The position numbers were made by a program, and so were the translations under genes. Below, in pieces: positions 9,464 to 23,099 of a stretch of 64,000 nucleotides of DNA (its first letter is position 1; each line of letters opens with the position of its first letter). The notes under the pieces are model-generated. The model was not told the DNA's origin. It worked only from the letters and a program-made list of their open reading frames with translations, and made no database searches. The DNA comes from Octopus vulgaris (taxonomy: Eukaryota), in assembly GCA_951406725.2 (NCBI GenBank), contig OX597838.1:9920001-9984000 (forward strand), written 5' to 3'.

Positions 9464-10721
9464 ACACACTAGATAGCGTATTGAGTACTCTATTATTCCC
9501 GTTTGCTTGTCAATTTTCAAAAAAAAATTCGTAGACTCATACTATATTTCATAACCCCTCACAAAAGATGTTTAACCTGGCGATCCTGTAGATAAAAACT
9601 ATTGAATAAGAAAAAAAAATAAAATAAAATAATTTTTTTTTTGTTTTTTATTTTAGATAAGTCTAGAAATGCGTTTATCTACCCCTGAATTTATAATCTG
9701 GTGTTCGTGGCGCTGTTGTCGGTCTAAATTGATGGGAGATAACCCAGTGGTAAAGCCAGCGTCTTTCTTTGATTCAATGGTTGAGTACTTCCAGCGGCGG
9801 ATCCTCCGTCGTTAATATCAACATTTTTTACAATCAGTTTGTCTCCTAGCCTCCACAAAGCAGCCGGAAATGTGAAGGTAAAGCACCATATTTCAGTTAA
9901 CAATCGTGCATATTTTTTTTTTTTCCTTCCTCCTTCCCTTTGTTTTTCTGGCCCCCTTCTGAAAAAAATTTTCATGAATCATTTCTGAAGAAATAACCTT
10001 TATTGTTTGTGGCGGGGGTGACGATGGTGACGGTGACGGTGGTCTGTTTCGTTTAAATGGTTTGAAAAATGGGGGTTCATTCTTCAATAGAAAACATGTA
10101 CGAAACGAAACCCCCATTATCTAATCGCGTACGAATGGAGGTATTTTTAAGGGTACAAGCGATGAATTAAGTGGCATGAGCACTTTCTTTTTTGCTTTTA
10201 CGGTCAGCTAACCTACCTCGACACGGTTCCATTTAAAGTACATGCTGTGTGTGTGTGTTTAAAAACCACTTTGCAGAGAAAGCATCTTTTCACCCCAAAA
10301 AATGCATCTGTCATTTTTCGAAATATAATAAATAAATATTCATTTAAAACTAAGAATCGGGGTTTCAAATCGAATACCCCGAATTTTTATTTAAAAAAAA
10401 AACACCCCAAAAAACCCCCCAATTTTTTCCTTACATGGCACTGAATGAATGTTGACAATCGAAGTTTAGGGAAATATAATTTTAATTGATTTGGTTTAAA
10501 CCCTTTGACAACCAAGGAATCCACTCAAAATATTTCATTATAACCGACCTTACAATCATTTTATTCAATTTTTTTTATCCTACATCTTCATTTCTTTCCA
10601 CATTTTGTTGGTAAACCGAATAAAATATTCACTTTTGATTGTCACCATTCATTTCTAATGTCACATAAAATTTTCCCCCTTCTAATTTTGCTTCACAAAT
10701 GAGGTTGTCCATGGTCAGCCT

Positions 10722-10762
<41 letters not shown>

Positions 10763-10935
10763 AAATTAATTAAGGGTAGAAATTGATATTTATCAATTAA
10801 AACCAGTGGTCTAGCATATTAAAATATTTATATATACCAATTAAGGACTGAACATAAATCTTTGTGGAGAATGGCGATTTGACGTCTATATCTAGCATGT
10901 TGACTGTCCACTTTTCGTGTTCAGTCCTTAATTGG

Positions 10936-10968
<33 letters not shown>

Positions 10969-11257
10969 GTGTGGATGTGTGTGTATATGAAGCTCAGTGT
11001 CCTTCTCCTAAGTGACAAAAATTTATATCCATTTTTTTTTTTTTTTGTCTAAGAATCTCTCACGTCGTAAGAATTTCACTGTAAAAAAAAAATAAATCGC
11101 TTTTCGCATTTCTCTTTCTTTTTGTTCTTCAGAAAATAGTTTCTCCCTCTTTTTAGTAATTCCTACCAACCAGTTTGTGTCCCTGTTTGAGAATAGTTTC
11201 CTTTTTTTCTTTTTAATAAATAAATCCTAGCCACCAAATAAGTCTGTAGACAGCAAG

Positions 11258-11527
11258 ATAGATGTGTGTGTATGAGTATATATATTATATATATAATAGA
11301 TATATGTGTGTGTATGAGTATATATATATATAATAGATATATGTGTGTGGATGAGTATATATATATATAATAGATATATGTGTGTGGATGAGTATATATA
11401 TATATAATAGATATATGTGTGTGTATGAGTATATATTATATATAATAGATATATGTGTGTGTATGAGTATATATTATATATATATAATAGATATATGTGT
11501 GTGTATGAGTATATATATTATATATAT
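11258..11527. repeat. ~35-42 bp minisatellite, about 7 copies
   Basis: tagatatatgtgtgtgtatgagtatatat...aa units. Confidence 0.9.
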
Positions 11528-11821
11528 AATGATTATATATTTTAACATCTTATTGGAATTATCGAAATCAGAGATTCCTTGCTAAAACAATCTAGTTTAT
11601 CCATTTAACTTATATCGAGTCCTTTTTGGATTTCTAGCTTTTCTTGAGCTTATATATAACTAAACGTATATATATAGACTGTATAATGTATGTGTATATA
11701 TATATATATACATACACACACACACAATTTCTGGACCATAAAGAGCCATTGCTGCTGTCTCTGAGAACCAAGTCCCACTCACACTCTGTCTCTTCTCCTC
11801 TCTGTCTTTCTTGCAAATATC

Positions 11822-12335
11822 TCGCTATACCTTCTTCTTTCTAATTACTCCAGCTCTGTGCCTCCCCTTTTTCCCCCTCTCCTTCATATTTCCTTTTTCA
11901 TTTGTTCTTTTTTTCTGTCTTTTTTTTTAATCCATCTTTCACTCTCTCTCACTTACATCTCCGCCGCCTCCTCCTCCTACCCCTTCTCTATAATTCGTAT
12001 AATTTTCCCCGTCCTCCTTCTCTCTCTGTCTCTCTCTCCTCTTGCTTTTACCCCCTTTTCCATCTTTTTCCCTCCCTCTTTCTTTGTGTTTTACCTTATT
12101 CATTTCTCCCTCCTCTCTCTCTCTCCATTTTTTTTATTCTCACCTTTTCTCCTTCCTTCCTTCTTTCTCTCTCTCTCTCCTCCCTCTAACCCTTCCTTAT
12201 CATTTATATATGCTCTTCCTTTTTTCGTCTTCATCCATTTGCTCTTCCCTCTCTCGCGTCAACATTTTACACTCTTTTATTTCCTTCCTTCCTATTTTTC
12301 ACCCCCCACTCCTTCATCTTTCTTGCCTTCTGTTC
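11822..12335. repeat. Long polypyrimidine low-complexity tract
   Basis: Almost entirely C/T on the + strand; source of the F/S/L/P-rich ORFs. Confidence 0.85.
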
Positions 12336-12950
12336 ATATACATACAATTTTACTTATATATATATATATATATATATGAAACACATAGACACTCTATATT
12401 TCCACACACACACATATATATCTGTGTATTTCCATTACCTTTCTGTTTGTGTTCACTACAAGAAGAAAAGAATCTGACCTCCCTATTTTTTCGCCGTCGT
12501 CACTTCAACAAAACTGAAAAATATATGACGAAGCGCCGTTAACAGGAATTCATACCCGAATCTATATTCGCCATCATCATGATACCCTCGCCTTTATATC
12601 ACCTACACTGAACACACACAGTATATATAGTATATATATATATATATACACCAACGACCTATACATAGAAGAAGGTAGTCTGCCGAAATCCGGGCTAATG
12701 TTTTAATGGTCCAGTGGCGAGGTCAACGTGTCGACTGTGTTTTTTCCAGTCGTTTTCCATTACTCTTTCCCCATTCACTGTTATCTTTCTCTGCCTGCCA
12801 CCCCGTTTATTCTTGGTACTCGGGTGGTGATTATTGCTACTGTGTATGTGTGTGTGTGTGTGTTTTTTTTTCCTAGATGAGAAGAATTGAGATGTAGTTG
12901 GTGTGGGACCCACTTGGGTCGTGTGTGTGTAATGTATATATATATATATA

Positions 12951-13149
12951 TTAAGTAGAAAGAATAGCCAAAACTCTTTGACTGCTATTTCTAAATTCGG
13001 TGTGTGGTGAGGCAAATCGTTGCTATACCCTTAATTACTTAGTATTACTTAAACCCCTTCCTTGAATGGGGGCTTTTACATGCCGAACTCTACTTGGTGA
13101 AATTAATGATTATTTCTAAATTAATTAATTTCACCCTTTATTATTGATA

Positions 13150-13150
<1 letters not shown>
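12951..13150. mobile_element. (TA)n-flanked ~200 bp element, probably Penelope-derived; second copy at ~19098-19292
   Basis: Near-identical sequence 6 kb downstream; both copies sit in TA tracts. Confidence 0.6.
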
Positions 13151-13185
<35 letters not shown>

Positions 13186-13561
13186 TTATGTACCTCTCAG
13201 GGCATGGTTAAGTACAATTTAACTGCATCTACAATTTTTTGCCAATCAACGTGTTGTGTGTGCTTTTTTTTTCTAAAAAATATTTTTCTTTCTGAGCTAA
13301 GGAAAGATTAGATTTTTGTTTCTTATCCCCATTTTAACGTTGTTCTTCTTTTTTTTTTTTTTTTTACCAAAGAGAAGAGAGAGAGAGAGAGAGAAGATGG
13401 CGTTTTGTCTTTGATTTCAGATTACTGACCAAGCACTCACGCACACACACACACAGTTCTCTCTTTCTTTCTCTCACACACTCAGTTCTCATACATTTAA
13501 GCAATGTGTGATTGTGTTTGTACTTGTCCATTGATCTGCAACCAGGCGAAACGATACGCAG

Positions 13562-13592
<31 letters not shown>

Positions 13593-13799
13593 TGTATGTG
13601 TGAATAAGGTTACACAGGGCGGCGGCGGGAGTACAGCGAAATTAAAAGATACATATTGATATCTTCTCCTATCTTTCATTCATTTGATTTTCTGTTCTGC
13701 TGATGTTATATCTTGCTTAATTGGTTGTTATATGATGTTGTGTGTATATGGTCTTCGGTGTTCGTTACACACAGAACCTACATTTGATCACATTTTTAA

Positions 13800-14380
13800 C
13801 CATCTATCTATTCACATACCTTAGAACTAAAATCGCGAGAAGGTCTGTCCACAAGTTATGTCCATGTCCGTGTCCGAATCGGCAAAGCCTCTGGGCAGCT
13901 CTAAATAAATTATCAACGGTCTGGAAATCTAAACTTCCATTATTAAATTTGAAACGTAATTTCTTTCTGGCGGTTGTGCAGTCTTCTGTTTTTATGGATG
14001 CACGGAAAGAAAAAATCGACGGAATTTCTACAAGAATGCTTTGAGCTGTTCTGTACATCTGCCGGAGACAGCATCCTACGGAAGAACTTCTTCTCTATGG
14101 TAATTTACCACGGAATGTCACACATACGTCATCAGAGAAAGAGGAACAGGCGGCTTCGCTGGACTGGGGAAGCAATGGATGAGATCATCGGCGTTCTTCT
14201 CCGAGGAGCGAAGCATGGGTACGCAAATGCTGGCGGACCCTCTTCGAGCCTACCTACCCTACATACATCAACTGTGCGAGGAAGTGCACCACCCGAGAAG
14301 ACCTGCCACGTGCAATGCCGGACACCGAACAGACGGGAGAGAGAGAACGAGTCATGACGACCTGTGCAATAAGCACGACC
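13800..14380 (+). mobile_element. Degenerate RTE-clade LINE 3' fragment
   Basis: Frameshifted WAALNKLSTVWKSKLP..KRNFFLAVVQS..KIDGISTRML and QHPTEE..YGNLP..TYIHQL. Confidence 0.75.
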
Positions 14381-15000
14381 GGATGATCTATCTATCTCTC
14401 CATCCATCCATCATTCCGATCGACAGTACTTGCTAAGAATAATACCCCTTTCACCCGTAACCATATATATACCCATAAGAATTTTTCTTTTTTCACCAAT
14501 GAATTTCTCCTATATATTTTTCGGAAGGACCTATCCCATTAGCGACCATGTATGTTACCCATAATATTGATTTCATTCTTGCAGAGAGAGAGAGAGAGTG
14601 TGTGTGTGTATATATATATATCTATTCATTCAGCACTAACGTTGTCAACATCCTATGGCTGGAATACAAAGTCTCCCCTGGTAAGGCCTCGACTGAAGAA
14701 GACTTTAAGCCAAGTATCGCAAGACATTTTATTTACTCCAGTAACCTTCTACTGTCTCTGCCTATATAATATAATCCCGGCAATCTTTCGGTATTTGTAC
14801 ATGACGTCATTCACAATTCACTCGCACAACCTTCCTTCACGACAAATAAAAGAGAGATTCGGTTGAAAAAGAGGGTGAATGACGTCGTCTTCTCATGTCG
14901 ACTTAACAGACTGATATCGAAGGATCGCCATAATCGTCAGTGTTCAGCTTCCCTGGAAAATGCTTATTTATCTTAAGGAAAATAACATTATTATTATTGT

Positions 15001-15211
15001 GGTTGGCGAATTGGCAGAATCGTTACAGCGCCGGGCAAAATGCTTAGCGCCATCTCATCTGTATTTTCGTTCTGAGTTCAAATTCCGCCGAGGTCGACTT
15101 TGTCTTTCATCCTTTCAGAGTCGATAAATTAAGTACCAGTTGCGTACTGGGGTCGATCTACTCGACTGGCCCCCTCCCCCCAATTTCAGGCCTTGTGCCT
15201 ATAATAGAAAG
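15001..15211 (+). mobile_element. SINE family B variant
   Basis: Consensus core; ggccttgtgcctataatagaaag tail; flanked by (att)n. Confidence 0.85.
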
Positions 15212-15837
15212 TATTATTATTATTACTAAGGAAGCCAGTTGGCAGACTCGTTAGGCGCGCCGGACAAAACGTTTCGCTTTTTACGTTCTGAGATCAAATC
15301 CTGTCAAGATCTGGGGTTCGATGTAATCACGTAACTTGTTCTGACCCCCAAAATCCCTAACTTTTTTCCTAAATGAGAAGCCATTGCTATTTGTTAGTTA
15401 TAATGAACCCCGAATAATTTGGTTGGTTTCTGTCAACAATCATCGCCATGTGGATTGTAAAATTATGGTGGGGAGTCGGATGGCACAAGTGACAGTGTCC
15501 TGGGCACAAATGCTTTGCTGTAATGTCTGTTAGGTCCTTTTGCATTTGAGTTTAGATCATGCCGGGGTCAATTTTTCTTTTCATCTCATCAGTAGCAGAG
15601 TCGATGTGGTCGTAGCCTGGTACCTCCTCTATAAGAAATTATTTATAAAAAAAAATTACCAGTTGTGCCTTATAATTGTTTTAGGCTTTATTGAACAGTC
15701 ACGAAAAGCGTTCCTCCGGTGACCATTTGTCGATCGAGGACTAATTTGTCAAATGTGTTGTTTTTTAATGAGTGATTCGAGAGAATTTTGCTGTTATTTC
15801 TAGCAGGCCGAGCGATCACAGAGAAGCATACTTTATA

Positions 15838-16025
15838 CCTATTTCTTTATTACCCACAAGGGGCTAAACACAGAGGGGACAAACAAGGACAGACATAGGT
15901 ATTAAGTCGATTACATCGACTCCAGTGCGTAACTGGTACTTAATTTTATCGACCCCCGAAAGGATGAAAGGCAAAGTCGACCTCGGCGGAATTTGAACTC
16001 AGAACGTAGCGGCAGACGAAATACC
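15838..16025 (-). mobile_element. SINE family B, 5'-truncated
   Basis: TSD catactttatacc at ~15827-15839 and ~16027-16039. Confidence 0.88.
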
Positions 16026-17774
16026 CATACTTTATACCCGTATAATGGGGATTACTCCTCGTTTTTATTTCTTCGTTTTTTGTTTTGTTGTTTTGTTTTG
16101 TTTATTAATTCTGATTGTATTTCAATCCCCTTCTGTCTCTTATTCCTGACGTAGTTTTTTCATTCAGTTATTTATTTTTTTCCCTTCCTTCTGCAAAAGT
16201 TTTGCACTTTAACCTCGGCAACCTCGGGGTCTCGTAAACACTTTGTGTCAAAAACACACCGTTGACACAAGTTCTTTCCATGTATGGTAAACAGAACTTG
16301 CTTCTCTGCGCTTCTTCTTCTTCTTCCCCTCCTCCCCTTCGTGGATTTTGACATATGCGGCGGAGCTGAGAAGTCTTGTTGCAGTGGAGGACTCGTATTT
16401 TACACATAATGTACATATAAGTTCAAAAGGTATCTAACATAATAATATGCCCACCTGTATGTAGGTCTATATGTGTGTGTGTATATGTATGTTTATACGC
16501 ATATCATCCGTAAAGTTCGTGTCAGTCCCTAAGCTATAAATGTCAAGCAATTTCCTTTACACCTTCCCTTTACACCTGACCTAATTATACATGTTAGAGT
16601 GAGTGTGTGTGTGTGCCTCTTTCTCTATGTATGTGCATGTATTTTTTTTTTTTTTTTTTTTGGCGTATTTCAGTGATTAGACTGCGGCTGTGCTGGGGCA
16701 CCGCCTTGAAAGGTTTGGTTGAACAAATCGATCACAGTATTTTTTTTTTTGATTTTGTAATCTTATTCTACTGATCTCTTTTTTTTTTTTTTTTTTTTTT
16801 GCCGAACCTCCAACGGAGACATTAAACACCGGTTGGTGAGGTATATAAACACTGTAACACATATACACACACACACACACGTGTGTGTGTATCGGGCTGC
16901 TTTCAGCTTCTTTGAACCACATCTACTCACAGGGCTTTAGTGGAAGACGCTTGCCGCGCAGTGGGACCGAACCCGAAACCACGTGGTCTGGAAGCTAATT
17001 TCTAAGTACAGCCACACTTGCGTCGGTGTGTGTGTATTTAGTGGTAACTAAGTCCACAACATATTTTTCGATTTCCTTTCCAGTTGTTGACATTCCACTC
17101 GGCTAATATCCCTTCCAATCACCCAAGAAAGGCATGAAGGCTTTACAGTCTCATTTCTTCCACCACCCCCACTTCGTGTCCCCCATCTACTCCACCGTCA
17201 CCTCTTAAATCCGAAACCTCCGAGATGGTTCCTAGAAATAAAGGTTATTGGCATGTACAAGTATAATAATGTGTGCTGTTGGATAACATGAGGTGTTTAA
17301 TTTCCATTAAGGAAAGGAAACCGGGGTTCGATGTCAGCCAGTAAGTAGCTGGCTCGGTTCTTTTATTATTATTATTATTATTACTTTTTGTTTTTTGCTA
17401 TTTTACTAGCAACCTGAATGTGTTAGGGTTGTCGACGTGTGAAATGGAGATTATAACCACAGTAAGATAAATACTGTGCGCAGAGAGTCGATAACATGAC
17501 TCAGCCTTCAATTGCTTGGCGAAAATTTTTTTTTCTTCTTTCAAAGTGTCTGTTTACTGGGCATATACATACACAGACAGCCTGTCTTCTTTTATAGTCA
17601 AAAGTACAGTACAGCGAGAGAGAGAGATAGAGAGACAGATAGACAGGCGACATTTAGTATATGTAATGTGTACAGATTTGTGTCTTGCACAATATGGTTC
17701 TCATTTGAACATAAAATTTACTGTTGTTTATTAGTGACAAATATATCACTAATAAAAAAGCAGGAAGTTTTATA

Positions 17775-17998
17775 TCTGTCTGTCTATCTATCTATCTGTC
17801 TCTGTCTGTCTATCTATCTATCTCTAGCTGTCTATCTATCTATCTATTTGTCTGTCTATCTATCTATCTCTCTCTGTCTGTCTATCTATCTATCTATCTC
17901 TCTCTGTCTGTCTATCTAGCTGTCTGTCTATCTATCTATCTCTATCTATCTATCTCTGTCTGTCTATCTAGCTGTCTATCTATCTATCTATCTATCTG

Positions 17999-18029
<31 letters not shown>

Positions 18030-18103
18030 CTGTCTATCTATCTATCTATCTATCTCTGTCTGTCTGTCTATCTAGCTGTCTGTCTATCTATCTATCTATC
18101 TAG

Positions 18104-18181
<78 letters not shown>
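17775..18181. repeat. (TCTA/TCTG)n compound microsatellite plus (TA)n
   Basis: Direct inspection. Confidence 0.95.
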
Positions 18182-18187
<6 letters not shown>

Positions 18188-18799
18188 TTTTTGTTAAAGC
18201 ATATGACTCTACCTTCGGTATTCGAGTACTATTTTTTTTCCACCTTGTTTTATAGTATATCCGCATACATACATACATACATACGTGTATAACAGACACA
18301 TTCACTCGCTAAAGTATGTGTGTGTGTGTGTGTGTATGTATAATATTCATACGTGTGAATGTTCATACCGTCAAGTTCTCGCTTCCCCTAAACTTCACCA
18401 AGTCATAACCAACACTCACGCACCTACACTCCACTCACTCGCCATGTACTAATTGTAAAACGTGTATATAAAAACATCGCCTCGGTATTTTTCTAATCTT
18501 TTGTCTCTCCCTCTTTATCCCGCCAACATTCTACGTTCACCATGTACCTGTCTTATCTGCGCAGCCTGATAAATCCCTTAATTTTTTTGTTTGTTTGTTC
18601 CCCGAATCGACTGTGTGTGTGTGTGTATGTTTGGCTATCTTGCCCTAATTTTTTTCCCCCCTGTGTTACTACTGTTTCTTAGCCAGAAATATAAACTATT
18701 GACTGGATTCTCTGGTCCCATCAAAACGTTTGCAATTTAATCTCTTATGTCCGTCTCTCTGGACTTAATCTCGCTATTGATGTCTTCATATTTTTTATT

Positions 18800-18815
18800 T
18801 GAAGAGGAATAAATG

Positions 18816-18871
<56 letters not shown>

Positions 18872-19292
18872 AGACATTTATTCCTCTTCATCGTTGCTAA
18901 ACCCTTAATTACTTATATATATACTAAGTAATTAAGGGTTTAGCAACGATTTGCCTCACCACACACCGAATTTAGAAATAGCAGTCAAAAAGTTTTGGCT
19001 ATTCTTTCTACTTAAAAGGGAGCTCACCGAATTTAGAAATAGCAGTCAAAAAGTTTTGGCTATTCTTTCTACTTAAAAGGAGATCCCAGCTCCCTTTTAG
19101 TAGAAAGAATAGCCAAAACTTTTTGACTGCTATTTCTAAATTCGGTGTGTGGTGAGGCAAATCGTTGCTAAACCCTTAATTACTTAGTATTACTTAAACC
19201 TTCCTTGAATGGGGCTTTTACATACCGAACTCTACTTGGTGAAATTAATGATTATTTCTAAATTAATTAATTTCACCCTTTATTATTGATAA
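18800..19292. repeat. Patchwork of nested fold-back duplications around (TA)n
   Basis: 18800-18822/18868-18890 IR; 18890-18915/18924-18950 IR; ~18922-19024 inverted against ~19088-19190; internal direct duplication ~19025-19080. Confidence 0.85.
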
Positions 19293-19305
19293 ATATATAT
19301 ATATA

Positions 19306-19712
19306 TAGGCGCAGGAGTGGCTGTTTGGTAAGTAGCTTGCTAACCAACCACATGGTTCCGGGTTCAGTCCCACTGCGTGGCATCTTGAGCAAGTGTCTTC
19401 TGCTATAGCCCCGGGCCGACCAATGCCTTGTGAGTGGATTTGGTAGACGGAAACTGAAAGAAGCCTGTCGTATATATGTATATATATATATATAAGTGTG
19501 TGTTCCCCTGTGTTTGTTCCCCTAGCATTGCTTGACAACCGATGCTGGTGTGTTTACGTCCCCGTCACTTAGCGGTTCGACAAAAGAGACCGATAGAATA
19601 AGTACTGGGCTTACAAAAAAGAATAAGTCCCGGGGTCGATTTGCTCGACTAAAGGCGGTGCTCCAGCATGGCCGCAGTCAAATGACTGAAACAAGTAAAA
19701 AGAGTAAAAAAA
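19306..19712 (+). mobile_element. SINE family A, young full-length
   Basis: Near-consensus. Confidence 0.92.
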
Positions 19713-20264
19713 AAGATATATATATATATATATATGGTTTATATATTTTATGATTTGCATATTTTTTTGTATGGCCTTATTTTTTTTTTGTCTTGTCCTC
19801 CCCCTAATATTTCCCCAGTCTCCTCCGTACTTCGTTTTTTTCTACCCCTCACTTCTCTCTGTCTGTCTGTCTGTCTCTCTCGTGCGCGTGTGTATATTTA
19901 TTATGCGTGTCTCTAGTTTTATCTCATTAAAAAAAAGATATTTGTTTCAATGTTAAATTACTTATTGTCTTTGTTTTCTTTCTCCTAAATCCCTTCCCCC
20001 CCCTCCCGCATATCATCGTTTCTACAGTTAAAGGTATTCATTCCACTGAGGTCTTTGCAAAACAGGATGATAAAAATAAAAACAATAATAATAATAATAA
20101 TAATAATAAAATTAGTACCTTCACTACTATTGCTATAGTAGTACGAAAGTAAAAGTATCGTCTGTCATCAGTAACGAGACAGCCATCAGAAACTCTAATG
20201 TTTTTAATTACCTTCTTGAAAAACCGGAGCATAATTAAAACAAAGAATAATAAATGGAGCAATA

Positions 20265-20645
20265 TGGCTGTGTGGTAAGTAGCTTGCTAACCAACCACAT
20301 GGTTCCGGGTTCAGTCCCACTGCGTGGCATCTTGGGCAAGTGTCTTCTGCTATAGCCCCCGGGCCGACCAATGCCTTGTGAGTGGATTTGGTAGACGGAA
20401 ACTGAAAGAAGCCTGTTGTATATATGTGTATATGTATATATGTGTGTGTCTATGTTTGTCCCCCTAGCATTGCTTGACAACCGATGCTGGTGTGTTTACG
20501 TCCCCGTTACTTAGCGGTTCGGCAAAAGAGACCGATAGAATAAGTACTGGGCTTACAAAGAATAAGTCCCGGGGTCGATTTGCTCGACTAAAGGCGGTGC
20601 TCCAGCATGGCTGCTGTCAAATGACTGAAACAAGTAAAAGAGAGT
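20265..20645 (+). mobile_element. SINE family A, young
   Basis: Near-consensus. Confidence 0.92.
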
Positions 20646-22133
20646 ATGGTGATTTGTTTTGTCTTGGGTATTTTTCTGCCTTACCTCAATATTATCTAAT
20701 ATTCCACCGTGCTTTCCTCATTATCTAGTTTCTTTCAGGGAGCATAGTCCTCTCCATCAGAGCAACATGAATCTTCCCACTGAGGTAGGTTTACGTTGGT
20801 TTGTGGCAGAAGTTTCATCCAGGCTGAATTCCTCTGTTCTTTAGATTTGTTCCCTTAATATATATTTGTACGTGTCTTCACAGTTTTACACACACAATAA
20901 GATACCCATGTATTTTTCATTATATTTGCTGTATATAACACTTTACATCTTGTCAGTTTCTGGGTGTTATTGTAGTTTGTTTTACTCAGGGTCACCCCTG
21001 AACCAGGAGATCTTTAATGAACAATGTCCTGGCTATAACCTGAATGTCCAAATATGGTATAAAGGCACCAGCATGGCTGTGTGGGGTCACTGTCATGGTT
21101 ATGGGTTGAGTCCCACTGCATGGCACCTTGGACTATGGGCTAACCAAAGCCTTGTGAGTGGATTTGGTTGACGGAAACAGAAAGAAGCCCTGTGTGTGTG
21201 TTTTTGGCTCCTTGTCTTCACATGTAATAGTTGTTAAAGAACATCACCTTACAGGTGATATCATTTGTTTCCAATCATCTATGAAAATATGCTCGACTGT
21301 GAGGCAATACCACTTTGCTTGGAAATGGGAAAGGGTTGACTGCAAGGTGGGCATCTGACTGTAGAAAACCTGCTTTAGCAAAGCATGTCTGACCCATGCA
21401 GGTATGGAGAAGTGGACATTAAAAGGATCATGCACACACACACACACACACACAAACTGGCTTCTCCCAGTTTCCATCTATCAGATCCACTCACAAGGTT
21501 TTGGTTGGCCCAGGGCTATAGTAGAAAACACTTGCCCAAGGTCCCACACAGACTGAATCCGGAACCTTGTGGTTGGGAAGCAAACTTGCCTACCCAGTAA
21601 TATTGGTTTCTAACAAATTTCTTTATTTCTATTGAGTTAACTTTTGTCTGGCACTCTTTCAGGATAAGCTTGGCAATGAAATATGGCACCAATCAAATAC
21701 TGGAATTGGCTTCATTAAGCTTTACTCTGTCCTAAAAATTTTTGACATTCCATTATTAGAAATCCATTTGTTCATTTCTTTAACATCTGTTTTTTCATGC
21801 AAGCATGGGTTAGATGCATGTTCTGTTTTCATATAGGGAACTTTTTTTATGTTCCAGAGGCCTTCGAAAGCTGCAGAGCAACTGGTCATAGTATCAATTA
21901 TGAACATCATTGCTACTTATTTGCTCAAGTCATGTCCACACACACTCACACACACACATGTGGCCTTGGGTTCAGTTCCACTATGTACCTTCAGCAAATG
22001 ACTTCTACTGCAGCCCTGAGTTGACCCAAGGCCTTGTAGGTGGACTTGTTGGACAGAAACTGAAAGGAGCCCATTGAGTGGGCTCTGAAAATGGCCACAC
22101 AAGAATTTTAATATAAGGAAATAGAACGATCAA

Positions 22134-22310
22134 GCTTTATTCCAAATCACTACAATTGTTTCAGCACATTAGTATCAGCTGGTAATTGCTGATTAGGGTG
22201 AGTAGGGTCCAGTGCTCTTGTTAGATCATCCTAATGCAATAGTGTGTATTATGTGTAATATTCAACTGATACTGATGTGTTGAAACAGTTGTAGTGATTT
22301 GGAATAAAGC
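22134..22310. repeat. ~48 bp inverted repeat resembling inverted Penelope termini
   Basis: gctttattccaaatcactacaattgtttcagcacattagtatcagctg versus caactgatactgatgtgttgaaacagttgtagtgatttggaataaagc. Confidence 0.7.
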
Positions 22311-23099
22311 CTCTCCATTCCATCTTCTCATAAAATTTCATTTGTATAAACTGCAGATATTCACAGATTTCCAGTGTATGTCCAGTAATAGAAGTTCTCT
22401 TGTATGATAGCAATTTGGTAGCTGATACCTGCAGAGGAGCTTTGGAAAGCATGCTATAATAATATATGACAATATATATAGAATGTATGTTTGTGTGTAC
22501 TCGTGTCTGGCCATGGGGAAGTATTATCTTCCTTGAAGGTTGACATCACAAAGGGTATCCAGCCATAGAAAGTCTTCCTCAACAAATTCTGCTTTACCTG
22601 TGAAGCATGGAAAAGCGGATGTTAAATGAAAAATTTTACATTAGCTTTTTTCAACATGTGCACAGCCCTGAGAATAATATGTTGTTTAATTTGATGGATT
22701 TGCATATTCAGTTTAAACTCTGACAGTCGACTTCCACCTTTTATTTATCTGGTCTTGTGTCAATCAGCTGTACCCCACCTCTTTTCACACAAGTTTACAA
22801 CTTTGTGTTGTTGCTGTTGTGAGAATGTATTCTTGATAATAACAATAAGGATTTCAGCAAAAGGCCAAACTGAACTCTGAAAATGTGAAAGGGTGTTAGT
22901 AAATACCACAAGACATTTAATCCGGCTCTGCTACTCCACCATCATGGAAATTACGTGGTGAGTTAGCAGAAAGGACGTAGCCAAGGACTTGATTGTTTCT
23001 TCAGTGTACGAAGTAAAATAATTTCCATTGTCAACTTTTTGTGTGGCTGGGATCAACAAAATTTCAAGTTAAGCTCTGGGAGAAGTTTATTTTTATTAA

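Noticed and set aside
11858-12542. Longest ORFs (173 and 166 aa), and similar ORFs at 17724-18197 and 43013-43504
   Set aside because: Low-complexity pyrimidine or microsatellite DNA that lacks stop codons by composition
19306-19385. tRNA genes at SINE heads
   Set aside because: A/B boxes are present but there is no convincing cloverleaf; the sequence continues into the SINE body
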